Origin: Selaginella moellendorffii
Taxonomy: Eukaryota; Plantae; Lycopodiophyta
DNA: 64,000 nucleotides
NCBI RefSeq assembly: GCF_000143415.4
Contig: NW_003314423.1
Coordinates: 158,256 to 222,255 of the forward strand
Reading direction: 5' to 3'
The notes under the pieces were generated by a model that was not told the origin of the DNA, did not search any database, and saw only the letters and a program-made list of their open reading frames with translations. Positions 38,601-51,390 of this stretch are shown here, in pieces. How positions within the stretch are numbered: the first letter of the stretch is position 1; every line of letters starts with the position of its first letter. Both the position numbers and the translations under genes were made by a program.

Positions 38601-38803
38601 TGCTCACTAATGACTTGATCTAGAAATAAACTCCCATGGATAAACTCGTAGGGACAAGTCTATTTTAGTTCAAGGATAGAGTCGATTTTTTATTGGAATT
38701 TCCCCTCTCAAGATTCACACATCCAAGATTTTATCCTAATAAAAACAAAATGTAAGAGAGATATTATTGAAAAGTATGTAATAATATTTTCATACCTCCT
38801 GAG
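35637..38803 (-). pseudogene. MULE transposase copy C, 3' half (catalytic core and SWIM)
   Basis: Collinear with 14534-16597 and with 1-850. Interrupted by the solo LTR at 37122-38053 and cut at 38803. Confidence 0.85.
37122..38053 (+). mobile_element. solo LTR with GGACTC-type hexamer array
   Basis: TGTAAG...CCTTATA ends and TSD GTAAC/GTAGC. The transposase sequence resumes exactly afterwards. Confidence 0.8.
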
Positions 38804-41087
38804 AAGCTCTATTTCGTTAAAGTGGGAATTGTCATTATCCTACTTGTAAAATAAGGTTTCCAAACCTTTATATAGTATATAAATATAACAAAATTCAACT
38901 GCATTGAGGCACATGCCATTTTATTTTAAATAAGGAAATGTCTACTCAATCACTTCTCCTCCCCCTGCCACTGCTTCACCTCTCTCTTCTCCTTGTCATC
39001 GTCGTCCAATTTCTTTCCATCCTTTTAATATTGGCTCAGTTGTTCCGAGTCTAGGTGGAGCCCAAGTCCCCATTCAATCTTTACTTTCCCCTTATTAATA
39101 AAACAACTTCGTAGACTTCCAATAACATGCTGTAACACTTCTAGTATAATGTAAATCCTCTCAAAGAATTGTCTTTTAATATTAATACAATGGCATGGAA
39201 CCCCATGCCATAATAAGCTACATTTTTAAATAAATACATGCCATCTCAGACTGTTATTTTTTGCCTCCAACGCCTATACAATAATCTTGGAATTTCATCA
39301 CTCTCCACACTATCAGGATTTAAACCCAATAGTAATGCCATCTCTTCTCTAATACGTCCACGCTCATGTTCAGTGGTCGAAGAACCCATCCGGTTGAGCA
39401 GATTATGGAGATGCGGATAGTGCTTGGCTAGACAATATACATGCCATAAATGATGACTGGTGTCTGTCCGATCAAATGGCTTCTGATATACCGTTCCATC
39501 TGCCATTTGGTTGATTTCTGCAGCCACCTCCTGGACTGGCCAGTTCTCTATCACCATTGCTTCAAGCCGTTTTGCAAGGTCCCCCAGAACATACGGTTTC
39601 TTCTCCCTAGTTTCCATACTGCAAGAGATGGGGTGCACTGCATATGTGTGCGTGTTCGCTGCAGTTTTAATCGGCGAGTCATCGATGATGAGGATTTCAC
39701 TTGATCTAGCAGTCCAGTTCATCACTACAGCCTCTGGCTTGACGAAGATGGGCTTGCTACCCCTCATATGGACCATAGTCAAGCAATCCTTCTACGTTAG
39801 GAGAAAGTCAAATGGTAATATTACTCGTGTCTGATCGTGCATCATCTGTAGCAACATTAATGCATTGTGGCACATCATGGATGTCCAAACTCCCAATTGC
39901 AAATTGAACCCGGCCCTCTGTTTTAAGTGTCGCATGGTCATTATTAGATCCCACAGTTTCTCCCGTGTGATTAATGTGAATTTGTCTCTTTTGACCAACT
40001 TGCGACCGCAGGCTTTGGAGGGTGTAGTGACATTCGAGGACGAGCCACGCTCATGGGAGAAAAGGACACCGTTTAGATAAAAAACGATACAGTACTTTCG
40101 CCGTGACTCTGAAATGAAATGCGTCAGCATAAAAAATGGTACAAGTCAATTTTACCATCTACAATATTAGCGAATGGTGCTCCCGATGGTTGTTCAGAGG
40201 GTTTTGGTCGAGGAAACGTGAAGGGCGGAAATACTCTCCTCTGCAATGTGGGGTCAATCGCATCCGATGGCGTGTGGGCACATGCCATTTCAGCTGTAGA
40301 CTCTGGTACAACTGGCTCAACAGTGGCATGGGGTGGTTCCGATGGCGTGTGATCACACGCCATTTCAGCTGGTGCCTCCGTTGGCAAAGTGGACATGACC
40401 GAACAGGCAGCAGGGGCGGTGTAGGGAGGTTCCAACGGCGCGTAGTCAGACGATTGGGCACACGTTGAGTCCGTTGGAAATGAGGATACGACCGGCTCGG
40501 CGGCTGGGGCGGCCTCATGCGGGTCCAATGGCGCCTGGTCACCGTCAGTTGGATACGTGGACAAGATTGACTCAGTGGTATGGGCAGCATCAAGTGGAGC
40601 GTGGTCAGCTTGCTTGGCGTTGATATGGATAGTAGCCTCCATCAGCTCTGATGACTCTTGCAGGCAAGTAGAGTCCACTGGCGGATCCATATGCATGTCC
40701 AAATATCTCCCTTCGATTGAGATGGTATCCTCCCTACTGGCTACTAAAAACAAACTCATTAGCACATTGAATCGACTATACTGTATTTACCATCAACTGC
40801 TATTGGGCGCACTGCTGATTCTGAAGGATTGGACATATGTTTCGACCCTTGCTTGGCACTATCCTTCCTCGACACTAAAGGCTAGAGTTTGTATCTTAAT
40901 TCAACTAAATAATCTCTACTTACCATTTCTTCTGCGACCTACATGGACAATGTTAGAAATGGTAAAAGGTTAGGAATGGATGTACTATTATTTACCTGAT
41001 GGTTTGTCTTGTATGACCTTCCTCCGCTGCTCTTTGGCCACCTCAGGCTGGCCATCGTCGTCATCATCGTCATCGTCGTTATTGTGA
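38804..41087. mobile_element. Sola1-like transposon, arm 1 (terminal repeat at 38804-38827)
   Basis: AAGCTCTATTTCGTTAAAGTGGGA is identical to 45796-45819. Both copies abut halves of the MULE transposase, which overlap by TGAG. Confidence 0.8.
39246..40130 (-). pseudogene. FCP1/NIF-like HAD-superfamily domain (probably catalytically degenerate)
   Basis: CIVFYLNGVL (motif I position, first Asp lost), LGVWTSM (motif II), FVK (motif III), ILIIDDSPIK..N..AVHP (motif IV). One in-frame stop at 39792. Confidence 0.7.
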
Positions 41088-43709
41088 CCTTCAAGTAAAT
41101 GTAGATAATACTTACTTTCATGACAAGTAGTCTCTGTTATGATATCAAACCACTCATTTGGGTGTCAAAGGTTAGCCACACTGAGTAATTTCTTTACCTT
41201 TGTCTTCTTTATGATGTTAATTTTCTTGTCAATTGCAACTAAATCTCCAAGAGTTCTTGATCATTTTCAGCTCAATGCGACTGTGCATATGCATCTTGCC
41301 TAAACTTCACCAATGGCTGAAGACAACACAAACATTCTATGACAAGAAGTATACTTGGAAGAACATACCTTACTCCACACAACTATTTTTGTACCATCTA
41401 TTAGCATCATGACGACATCATTGATGCTGAATAAGTGATGCTAAATCATCACCATAGTGGATTGGCAAGAAACCATATCTGCTCAATATCATATATTAGG
41501 CTTTGCTTTTGCACTACAAATTGTCCCAGCCTACAAAACATAAATTGTTAAAAGTGATTGAAGAGGGAGAGGTACTTACGCATTAATTTTGTGGCAAGCT
41601 ATCACAAGCCTTGCCATATCTAGAGATCCTCTTGCATGTACATGTCCTACTGGAACATTAATGTGATAGACAAGATCGTCTCGGAAGCATTCATTGATGC
41701 ACTTCATCCATGCACACTAGTGATGATTCCCGTCGATAATGTAAAACATTTTCCCCACAAATTGTTGAGTCCCAGAATGGCTTATAAGCATGTTGTCAAA
41801 TTTGTGGGACTTCATTTTCCAAATGTCATCCCAAACCCTCTCAATTTCTAGTGACACCAAGAGGGTATTTGATGTTCCTGGCTTGAAGACCAAAACAAAG
41901 AATATACTTATGTTTGTCCCAAGGCCATTCTGTTTGTACAGATTATAGATGTTCATGTTGACGAAGTGAGGTGAAGTAGACTGAACAATGCTTGTCTAAG
42001 TGAATTGACATAGTGGGATCATGTCTCCTTGGCCTTCCCACTTGAGAGATTCTAGAGTCATATGAATGGCCTTCTCTTTGGTTCTCAAAACTATCTTTTG
42101 GAAGCACTTGTCTATGACGTGTTTAGGTAGCTCCACTTCTCTTTTAGCTTCAACTAAATCTCCAGTAGCACTATTATCAAATCTAGCCCCCAACTCAGGC
42201 CCAACACCCCCATCAAGTGCACTTGGGCGCTACTCCATAATGTAGTTAGTTTTTACCATATTTTGTAAATATGTTAAGAGTAGTGGCATTTGTGGTTGTG
42301 GCAGCAATGGCAATGATAACAATGGTTGCAATGGTGCTGCTGATGGTGATGGTGGTGGTGGTGGTGGTGGTGCTAATGGCAATGATAGCAGTGGTGGTAA
42401 TGGTGGTGATAAAGGTAGTGGTGGCAATGGCGGTGAAGGTGGTGGCAGCGGTAATGGTGGTGGAAAAAATGGGGGTGGATGTGGACTAAAGATATTTGGT
42501 TGCAGAGATGGCAATGTAGATGGCAGAGTTGTCGTTATGGAAATCTTTATTTGAAGGTCAAATTGATTGTCATCCTAGATCTTATCTTCCTCATGTTTTG
42601 TTCTTTTTGATCCAACATCTTTATCCTTTTGTAGTTGTTTTCATTTCTGAAAACAAGAAAAACTCATTATAAAATAAAAATGCATAAGAAGTGATTGCAT
42701 GGTGGTCATCCATTGGTACGCTAGCGTACCAGCTGCAGGAGGCAATGCCCAAGCCCACTTGATACCCGGGCTAACTTAGCCCACAGCCTAACTGAGTGCC
42801 CGGCTGAGTGCCCAGCCAAGTGCTCAGGCTGGGCCACACATTCTATCTCGGCCTGCACATGGCTGTAGCTTGGCTGACTGCCCAGGCTGGTACACTTGTG
42901 AACTAGCCTACCCTACACTGCCCTAGCCGGCCCACATAGAGTGCCCAGCCGACAACCTGGCCCATGCAGAGTGCCTGACCGAATGCCCGACCCAAGCACT
43001 CGACGCAGGCCAAGCCACGCAGGCCAGTTCGCCGGCGTACCGGCCTGCCCCACACTACCATGGCCAGCCCGCACTGAGTGCCCAACCAAGTGCTCAGCCT
43101 GGGCACTTGGCGCGGGCCAGGCCATGTGGGCTGGTTTGCCAGCATACCAGCCTGCCCCGCACTGCCATGGCTGGCCCATGCTGAGTGCCCGGCCGAGTGC
43201 CAAGCCCGAGCACTCAGCATGGGCCAGGCTGTGCAGGCCGGTTTGCCCGCATACTGGCCCGCCCTACACTACCCAACACTTCACATTGCTGGCCTAGGAG
43301 GTGCACATTGCTGTGTGGTGCACCACGTGACGACACACAACATGCTGTAGAGTGACATGTGGACCACACGTTGCTGTGCCACATGCCGCACGTCGTTGTG
43401 CAGTGTGCCACGCGTCGTCGTGCCCAGCTGAGTACTTATCAGCCCAGCCCACTATAGTGTGCTGTGGCACGGCAGTGCTAGGTGCTGGGTGCTGGGTGCA
43501 GCGGCGTTGGGTGCTGGGCACGGTGGCACTGGGTGTTGGGCGTGGCAGCACTGGGGCGACACTGGGTGCAGCAGAGTGGCAGCACTGGGCACTACATTGT
43601 GGTGATGCTGTGGCACGGCGGCATGGCAGTTTTGTGTGTTGTGGTGCTTGGTGTTGAGGTGGAGTAACGAGGGAGTAGAGGAGAAAATAAAAATTACTCT
43701 TGGCAACAT
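41088..43709 (-). pseudogene. ParB-MTase gene copy C, 5' half (inverted)
   Basis: ATG micro-exon at 43709; GC-rich intron 42647-43697; Pro-rich tract; KMFYIIDGNHH ParB motif at about 41720-41750; following exons match 1800-2355. Confidence 0.8.
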
Positions 43710-44705
43710 TCTGTACGATGTCAATGGATCCCATAGTCACTCTCAATCTCCCACTCTACTTTCTGTAAAACCCTAATGCCGGCAGCTGCCCTAACCCTAA
43801 TCTAACTTTCATCACAGCCATTCATTGTGGATGTAGTAAATCTCAATTTCTTTCTGCGAATATTTGCTAGCAATGTACAATTTTTATTTTGTCCTAGATT
43901 TGATCATGTGACAAAGTCCTTTTGAGTTATAATTTAATAATAGAGGTGTGCTCTAATATGACTATGCAATAATGTCAAAATAATGTCACAGCCACATGTG
44001 TTGAATTGATCATAGTACAAAACTATAAATGAGAATTATGTGTTTCTTGCACATCATAGAATTTTGTCAAAAAATATAAGATTATTAAAATTGTAAGGTG
44101 TTATTTCCAGAGTAATGTGATAATGTGTTAATTTACTATAAGTGATAGATGGTAGTACAAAGATGGAATATATTTAAATGAGTTCAGAAGAATGTGATGA
44201 TTTATGGCTTTAATGAAGTATTGAGAATATGTACAATATTTAATTTTTTTGGCAACAATTGGTTGATAGTAGATCCTAGAATAAAATCATTCCTATCTTT
44301 CATATTATGGCACATGCATGAGGTGATATTTCTTTCCGTTCTACCAAAAATTACTTTATATAATAACTTTGAGCATGTTTTTGAATTCAATGTATACAGA
44401 CTTTTAATATTGTACAACCTAGTCCTTTATAATTCATATAGAATTTATCATAACAACATTATTCAATATTAGATCCTAGAATAAAATCACTCTTACTTTT
44501 CACATAATGGCATAACACATGTTTGAGGTGACATTTCTTTTCATTCTAACTCTAACTTTAAGCATAACTTTGAGCATATTTTTGAATCTAGTAAAAAGAT
44601 TGGAAGACAATGTGAACTTTTAATATTGTATAACAACATAGTTTTTTATACTTTTGATAGACTTTATCATAAAAGTTCAGACTTCCAAAACCTAAAGGCA
44701 ACAAA

Positions 44706-45795
44706 ATGGAGAGCTTTCTTTTGCATTACCAAGATCACCCACTTCTTTCTTTCTCCAAAAGTCTTATTTCAAAAGTTTTCTTTGCCGACATTTCAATCTT
44801 TCTCTCAGTTCTATTTCATTGGAGGTTGTGATTCGCAACAACATTGGTGTAGTTGAACGATCAGAGTTTCTTCTTTTAGGTGTGGGTGAAGGTGGACAAC
44901 ATTGGGATTTGTAACATTCCAAATCCAAGGAGATTCGAGTTTTTGGATCCAATCAAAATGCGAGGCTGCGATCTTGCCAAAGTGAATGTGAAGCAAGAGT
45001 CGGTCGTCATCATTTCTTCCTCTTTTAGTTCTAGTGGAGATGCTAGTCCAGTGTGAGCCAAAAATTTGCAAACTCCAACTTCACCAATATTCAAAGCTAT
45101 TTGCAACACTTTTTATTTTTCCCACCTTTCTATCAACGTGTGTTTGTTTCTGCATAGGCCCGTTAGCGAGCTCCCATCTACATATAATGGCAATATCTTC
45201 TTTGAACTACCACCTCTTGTCAGCTCAAAATGAAAGAAGATGGAGACCAAGCAAGACGTCCACAACTGGTGCAAAATCAAGACCACACATTTCCAGCATT
45301 TTGAAGGCATAGTGTCCATGGTTCATTGTGGTGGGTATTTGGATTGTGTGAATAAAGCATGCAATCAAGAGTGTGGTAAAAACTCCATTTTTTTTAAGGA
45401 TCTACAATCAATCCTCTTATCTGTGACACCATTGGTGTTGGATTCAAGTGCCGGTTTTGCAAGAATGCTCCATTGTGTTGTGCCATCTATGGGGCCAAGA
45501 TGTACTACTTTCTTTCACGGAATGGAGATGCTGGTAGAGTTACAGTACATATTGACACACACACACACACATCGAATGCAGGAAGGGATACAAAGGAGTT
45601 CAGTCAACTGTTTCAAAGATGCAGTGCAAATAAAGACTGTGAGAAACTCATCTGCAACTTCGAAGCATGTTCAAAAGATAGTGCTCAAGGATTTTATCGC
45701 AAGCACTTTACTCGATTAGGACTGCAAGAATACTCAATTGGATGAAACTAGCTTGCAGCAGTTACTACAACGCATGCAACTTGTAACTAGCCTCA
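44706..45795 (+). pseudogene. MULE transposase copy C, 5' half (inverted)
   Basis: Reverse complement of 847-1775 and 17186-17877. Ends exactly at the 24-bp terminal repeat. Confidence 0.88.
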
Positions 45796-46455
45796 AAGCT
45801 CTATTTCGTTAAAGTGGGATTTATTCAGTAAAATGGGACTAGGTACAAATTTTCAAGTATTTGAAAATGACGTGAAATTATATGTTTTTTGTCCAGGGGC
45901 TAGACATATTTGGGGCATGGTGACTAGCGCGGTGACTTTGTGTCCAGACTGAGTCCATTTGGTTGTATAATAAATCTCATTGTTAAGGTGAACAAGCCGA
46001 ATCTGAAGCTAAAGAAGAGCGATGGCATACGCGCACACACTATTTGTTTGTTCATTGAGCGTGTGATGAGCTTTCCAAGATGAACGTCATTCCTATTAGC
46101 CAGACATATAACTTAATGGTGAGAACATTTAGATATTATTCAATGTTATCTTTTTCTAACGAATCTAATTGTGAAGGTGTAGCAAGAGGCATTGCTAGTC
46201 TGGAGAAGTCATTTAACTCATTTGACCCTTAGTGTATTTTCATGAAACTAAATAACATTCATATTATTAAGGAATTTCTCTAGTACCTTTTTTTTACGAC
46301 ATAGAGGCTTGCATTTCTTTCAAAGGTGATTTAGTAAAAGGCCTGAGGGCACATGCCATTCTATTTCTCAGACCGGTATTAAGATATACTAGTGCAAAGG
46401 GAAAAAGGTATTTGGTGATCAAGTAAATGGCATGAGGGCACACGCCATTATAAGC

Positions 46456-46713
46456 CTAAGCGCTAGTGGACACCTCCTTTTTGGTACTCTCAGCGGTACT
46501 ATCATCCTTCTCCGGGTCAGTTGTTTTGCTTTGGATTGTTGTCTCTGACGTTACTGGGGCGTTCTCGATAGTTGTTAATGTTGCCGTTTGTTCAGAAAAA
46601 TGATCACCTGGAGTATAGTACGGGGAGTTTGGAAGACTTATATATTCTACATCTTCACCTATCTCCTTCTCTGTCTCCTTTTTTGCCTCACTTACAGATT
46701 TTGTGCTTGCCAT
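46456..46713 (-). CDS. 85-aa 'SPYYTPG' peptide gene in the Sola-like element
   Basis: YISLPNSPYYTPG...NAPVTSETTIQSK...STAESTKK, clearly homologous to 24556-24804. Confidence 0.65.
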   Translation of the reverse strand: MASTKSVSEAKKETEKEIGEDVEYISLPNSPYYTPGDHFSEQTATLTTIENAPVTSETTIQSKTTDPEKDDSTAESTKKEVSTSA

Positions 46714-46993
46714 GAGAATGCTCTTCACCCTAAAATATGGAGTTTGTTGTGTTATAAAAGGAAACCAACACACACGCTGCAAGGGAATGATGGTACATAA
46801 AGCATGTAAGCCCACAATATGGGTTTATGTGCCATTAATATGGGCCACACGCCATATTATTAGATTTATGCACGTGTGATTGGTAAATGCATATGTCACA
46901 TCATCTCAGGCCACATGCCATCACGCCTCCTCTGATTCAGATTCGGATTGTTCACCTTGAAATAAAATACATTAGAAACTTAGTAAAGGAATA

Positions 46994-49900
46994 TTAATGA
47001 ATCTCACCTTGAACCCGGGTTATGAATGCTCTTGCTGCATCTCTTGCATGGTCTGGCAAGGTGATGGTGGCACTCTGCTTCCGCATCCAACCATGCACAA
47101 CATTATCCACTGATATGCTCATACTGGGATCCCTTGGATTCAGCACCCATCTCTTTTCTAGGCAATCCTTTGTATATCCGGAACTTGGCTTGAACCACTC
47201 CACAGTTACATTGAAGGAGTTAGTTTCCGCGTCCTCCTCTGCATCAGTGATGCAGCGCCCCACCCATATCATTTGTTTTTTATTACTGGGTCTGACAAGC
47301 ACGACCATTCCTTTGTAGACCTGTACTGGATTGAATGCTAAATCCGGCTTCTTGTTCCTCGGCCCACAATAGTGATCCTCAACATCGTTATCTGTCACTG
47401 CATTTCCAGAGGACATTGTTCCGCTACTATCTGGTGCTCTGGGTTCTGGCCAAAAGGACTCTTCCAATTCTTCATATACAACCGGCCCATTTTGGATAGC
47501 AGATATAATCTTCTCCCAGTATTCGAGCAAAGGCTTGCACCTCTGAAAATAGGATTCTCCACCAAACACCAACCCCCTCTTCCAGAAGGCAATATGCTGT
47601 CTAATCCCGGCCACTATACTTTCCTGGTCTTTGAGTCCATTCGGGTGCATCGGCCGTGGGGAACCCTGAGGAATCATAGGTTCCCCAGTTATGGGATCTC
47701 TCTTGAAGAGTTTAATGCCGTCCACTAGCAGCCACACTGTGTCCCATTCTCTCATCTTGTACCTCATCACTGGAGCACCGTCACACATGCTGAAATGAAA
47801 CTGAAGAGGCTTGGAGTGGCCAATCAGCGTTTCAGATCCGTCCCTGATGTAGCCTCTTACAAACCCCTTAAAGTCTGGAACCTCTGTCAGAAGTGCAGCT
47901 TCAACAGTGCCTTTGATGCAATTTTGGAATTCATCGTAGAGTTGTGGGAGGGTGAGGACATTGGATCGCCGGAGGGACTCTGCCAAGTGACTGAACATGG
48001 CATCGACGTCTTCATGAGTGTGCCCAACCATGAGAAAGCCAAGTGTAACCGTTTCAAATATGCCTTTGGCAACAAGCATCGCCAAGTACGCGAAGACGTA
48101 CATGTTTTTGTTCTCACTGCCAGCATTGTCTGTTTGGAGCAAAAGATGGGGTGGAAGGCCACATCGGCCGCAAGAACTTCCTTGAGATTCTGCTTCGTTT
48201 GGATGAGGCTATGCATTCACCGGGCGACCAGCCTCGTCGGAATGGCATGAGGCCTCACGTGATAACCCTACAATCTGACGGCCAACATATTCACTGGGAT
48301 GGCATGGGGCCCCACGCGATACTGCAAGCCTTTGCTCCTCCTCCAGCTGAACCCTGTATGGGGTTCGATCGACAAGGGCCTTATGCAAGGGTTGGCCGTT
48401 CAGCTCAGTCTGCGCACTTTGCAGAGACCTTAAGTGTTTTGCTAAGGACACAATCATCATGTTTGCACCCCCGCCACCCCATAGAGGTACAAAGAAGTTC
48501 CCATAGTTCTGGGCACCATGCCCATGAGCGATTATGCCAAACAGAGACACAGGCAGCTGCATGGATGAAGAGATTGCCTTGGGGGCAGGATTGAGTCGAG
48601 GTAAGCACGTCTTTTTCTGGTCCATTTTGTCGTGGATGATGCAGAGGTAAGAGTCAGGTCTCTCCATGGAGAGAATCCTATTATGATAATATGCAGTCCT
48701 GCAGCTTCTCTGCTCGATGTTGTGGTCGAGCCGCCTTCTAACCAACGTCTCTCGCTCTTGAGCGCTGCAAGAATTCTTCGACAAAGCCATTTTGATAGCA
48801 GTGCACTCGTCACACTTTGAAAAGCTGGAGTACTTTCCTATACTCACATCCCTGAACCTGTTGCTCCACAATCTACTAAATCTAGATTGGCTCAGCTTCC
48901 TGTAGCCATTACTTTAGAGTTCCCGATTCACATCTTCCAATATGGCCCCCTTGGTATACATGGAAGGGAGAACTCGTTGGGTGTCTCGTGTTCCATCTTC
49001 CAAGAGGCGGGTTTTATGTGGTTGCTGCTCGCTACATGTCTCGACAAACCTCTTGAAGATTGCCTCTCCATATACAACATGACCCCTAGTTTTGTGCGTA
49101 CCGTCGTTCCCATAGACTGCCTGTTGAACCCTTTGTTCCTCGAACTCAGTTTTGATTCTGTAGAATGTGGTTCGAGGGACTCCATAAATGATTCTTCATG
49201 CCTTCATGCAGACCAAACCCCTCTGGAAGACCATGCCCCCCACCTGATATTCTGAAGCATCAACAGATGACCGTAATGCCTCATACACAAAATTGTGAGC
49301 TGCCTTCCAGGACAATGTCTTGTATCTTGCTCTCTCCTCTTCAATAGCATCCCAATCAGCATGTTGACAGCACCTCCTCTTGCAACAAGCAACTGTCGAG
49401 ACCATTTGAACCTCCATCGCCATTTTCTGCCTTTTCGGTTCGTTGCTCAGATCCCTTTGGCTGCGCTTTAGGAAGGTGTACTTTCTTTTCCCATGAAGAG
49501 ATGTTCTGTCATCAATTGTAGTGGTGTTTGATTGTGAATCCTTCACATTCTCAAACACTAAGTGCCTCAATTTCCACCGCACAATGCTTCCAATAGTCAG
49601 ACTGTTTTCTTCTGTGTCAACAACCTCTAAAATCCCAACTCCAATATCATCCCAGCCCAATTCTTGATTAGCAACCGCATCTCTTGGATCGACAACTGTG
49701 GCTAAGCCCTCAGCTACCACCTCCCCCTCGGGGTTGTTTAGAAACACCTTCGCCTGAATCCATGTAGCACGGTTCTTAAGATCCACGGAGGGAACATGTG
49801 TCGCACTTGCGCTGTCCCCAACATCTGCTTTCTTCTGAAGATTTTTCAAGGCAACAACAACATTTACCCCGACGACCATCTCTCCTCGTTCAATAGCGAC

Positions 49901-50062
49901 CACATTCCCATCGAAGACAGTCTCTACTGATACAGCAGCATTGCCTTCCCTAAGCCTTTGACAGTGTATAACAAAGTTCCGATCCATAGACACAAGGGTC
50001 CCTTTTGCAACTCTCTTCCCACCATTCAAAATGTAAACCTTTTCCCCAACCCTGAAGGCCAT
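46994..50062 (-). pseudogene. Sola1-like (DUF7869-type) DDD transposase, about 980 aa
   Basis: One frame from 50062 to 48323 with two transition-type stops (apparently TGG>TGA and CAA>TAA), a phase-0 GT-AG intron at 48322-48209, then an exon to 46994. Motifs KCDEC, IIHDKMDQ, LQTDNAGSENKN and FLMVGHTHEDVDAMF. Confidence 0.8.
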
Positions 50063-51357
50063 TCTGAAAGTGCAGAAAAGAAGTTAAGACCATACAAAAA
50101 ATGATTGAAGAATGGCCTAAATCATAACATACCAAACAACCTCAATAGCATGAGGCCACATGCCATTATTCAAACATGCTATTGACACCCACGTGAAATT
50201 TTGCATTCACAAAATTGGCATGAGCCCTCATGCCATCTTGATATATACACAGCTGCAGGCAAGTAAAAACATACATGACAATACGCTAGCCATGAAATTG
50301 CAAGGGCCCAAGATGGCATGTGGCCTCATGCCATTTCTAAATGTGGTCCTAAGCCATTCCATGGTGAACATACCAGGAAGCACAAGTGCCGAATATCAAG
50401 AGGAAGCGGTAGCCACACCAAAGACAGTGCCGCTCGCAACACCGCAACTACTTGTAGCGCCGCTCGCAACACCGCAACTGCTCGTAGCGCCGCTCACACA
50501 AACTGCCACTCGCATAAACTGCAGCCCGCAATGGCGCTCGCAATGCTGCAACCGCTCGTAGACGCATAAACCACAGCCCACAACGCCGCTTACACAAGCA
50601 GCGGTCACTGCGCTCAGCGGAACCAAGAACACGGCGCACAAAAATGATAGACCTAGGAATGAGTTCGAGAATTCAAAAATAACACACGCTTGAATGTCAC
50701 ATCAAATCCTCTGACAAACCAGATCTTATGACTCCTCTGACAAATTTCAAACTGAGTAGCTTCTAGACTTTGCTGTCGGAGGTTGAACTTTGTCACATCA
50801 TGTCCTTGCCTCGATCCAGCTGTGCCATGTCAGTGATTCGAACTTTGCCATGTCATGTCAGCGATCCGCGCCAAGATTATTCGCCATGTAAAGGAATAAT
50901 TATGCTGTGTGTGTACGTCCATTTATGGCAATATAAGGCCACATGCCATTCAAAGAATAATGCTAGTCGAGCATTTTTTGGTGCATTTTTGGGTTCAAAA
51001 TTGCATGAGCCCACACGCTATAAAGTTTACCTGTACCAAAAATAGAAACAGCTTTATTTACTTGGGAATTTAAGTGGTTGAGGCATTTTTAAACTTACAA
51101 ACACATGCCCTACTTACATTCCTTTGGTTGCTTAAAATTCAAAAATATTATAAACCTTTCTTTTTGCATTTTCAATATTTTCAATTATGGTTTTTGATTT
51201 TCGCAGGACCAGCCTAGTAATCTATTTGCATCCCGTCATGTTTATAGCTAGCTTTCGTTTGTCCCCTTCGCTAGCCTGAGATACATCTGCTCGGCATCTG
51301 CCTCTTACAGCATTTGCCCAGAAAGGGCATCTTTCTTCACGCAGCATTTGCCACATG

Positions 51358-51390
51358 TTTAGGGTTTAGGGTTTAGGGTTTAGGGTTTAG
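51358..51390 (+). repeat. interstitial plant telomere repeat (TTTAGGG)4 + TTTAG
   Basis: Read directly from the sequence. Confidence 0.95.

Noticed and set aside
42903-43746. Multiple Cys/Ala/Gly-rich ORFs
   Set aside because: They come from GC-rich repeats inside predicted intron 1 of the ParB-MTase gene and are not conserved in copy B.
51358-51390. True chromosome end or fusion site
   Set aside because: Only 33 bp, in a single orientation, and internal to a transposon.
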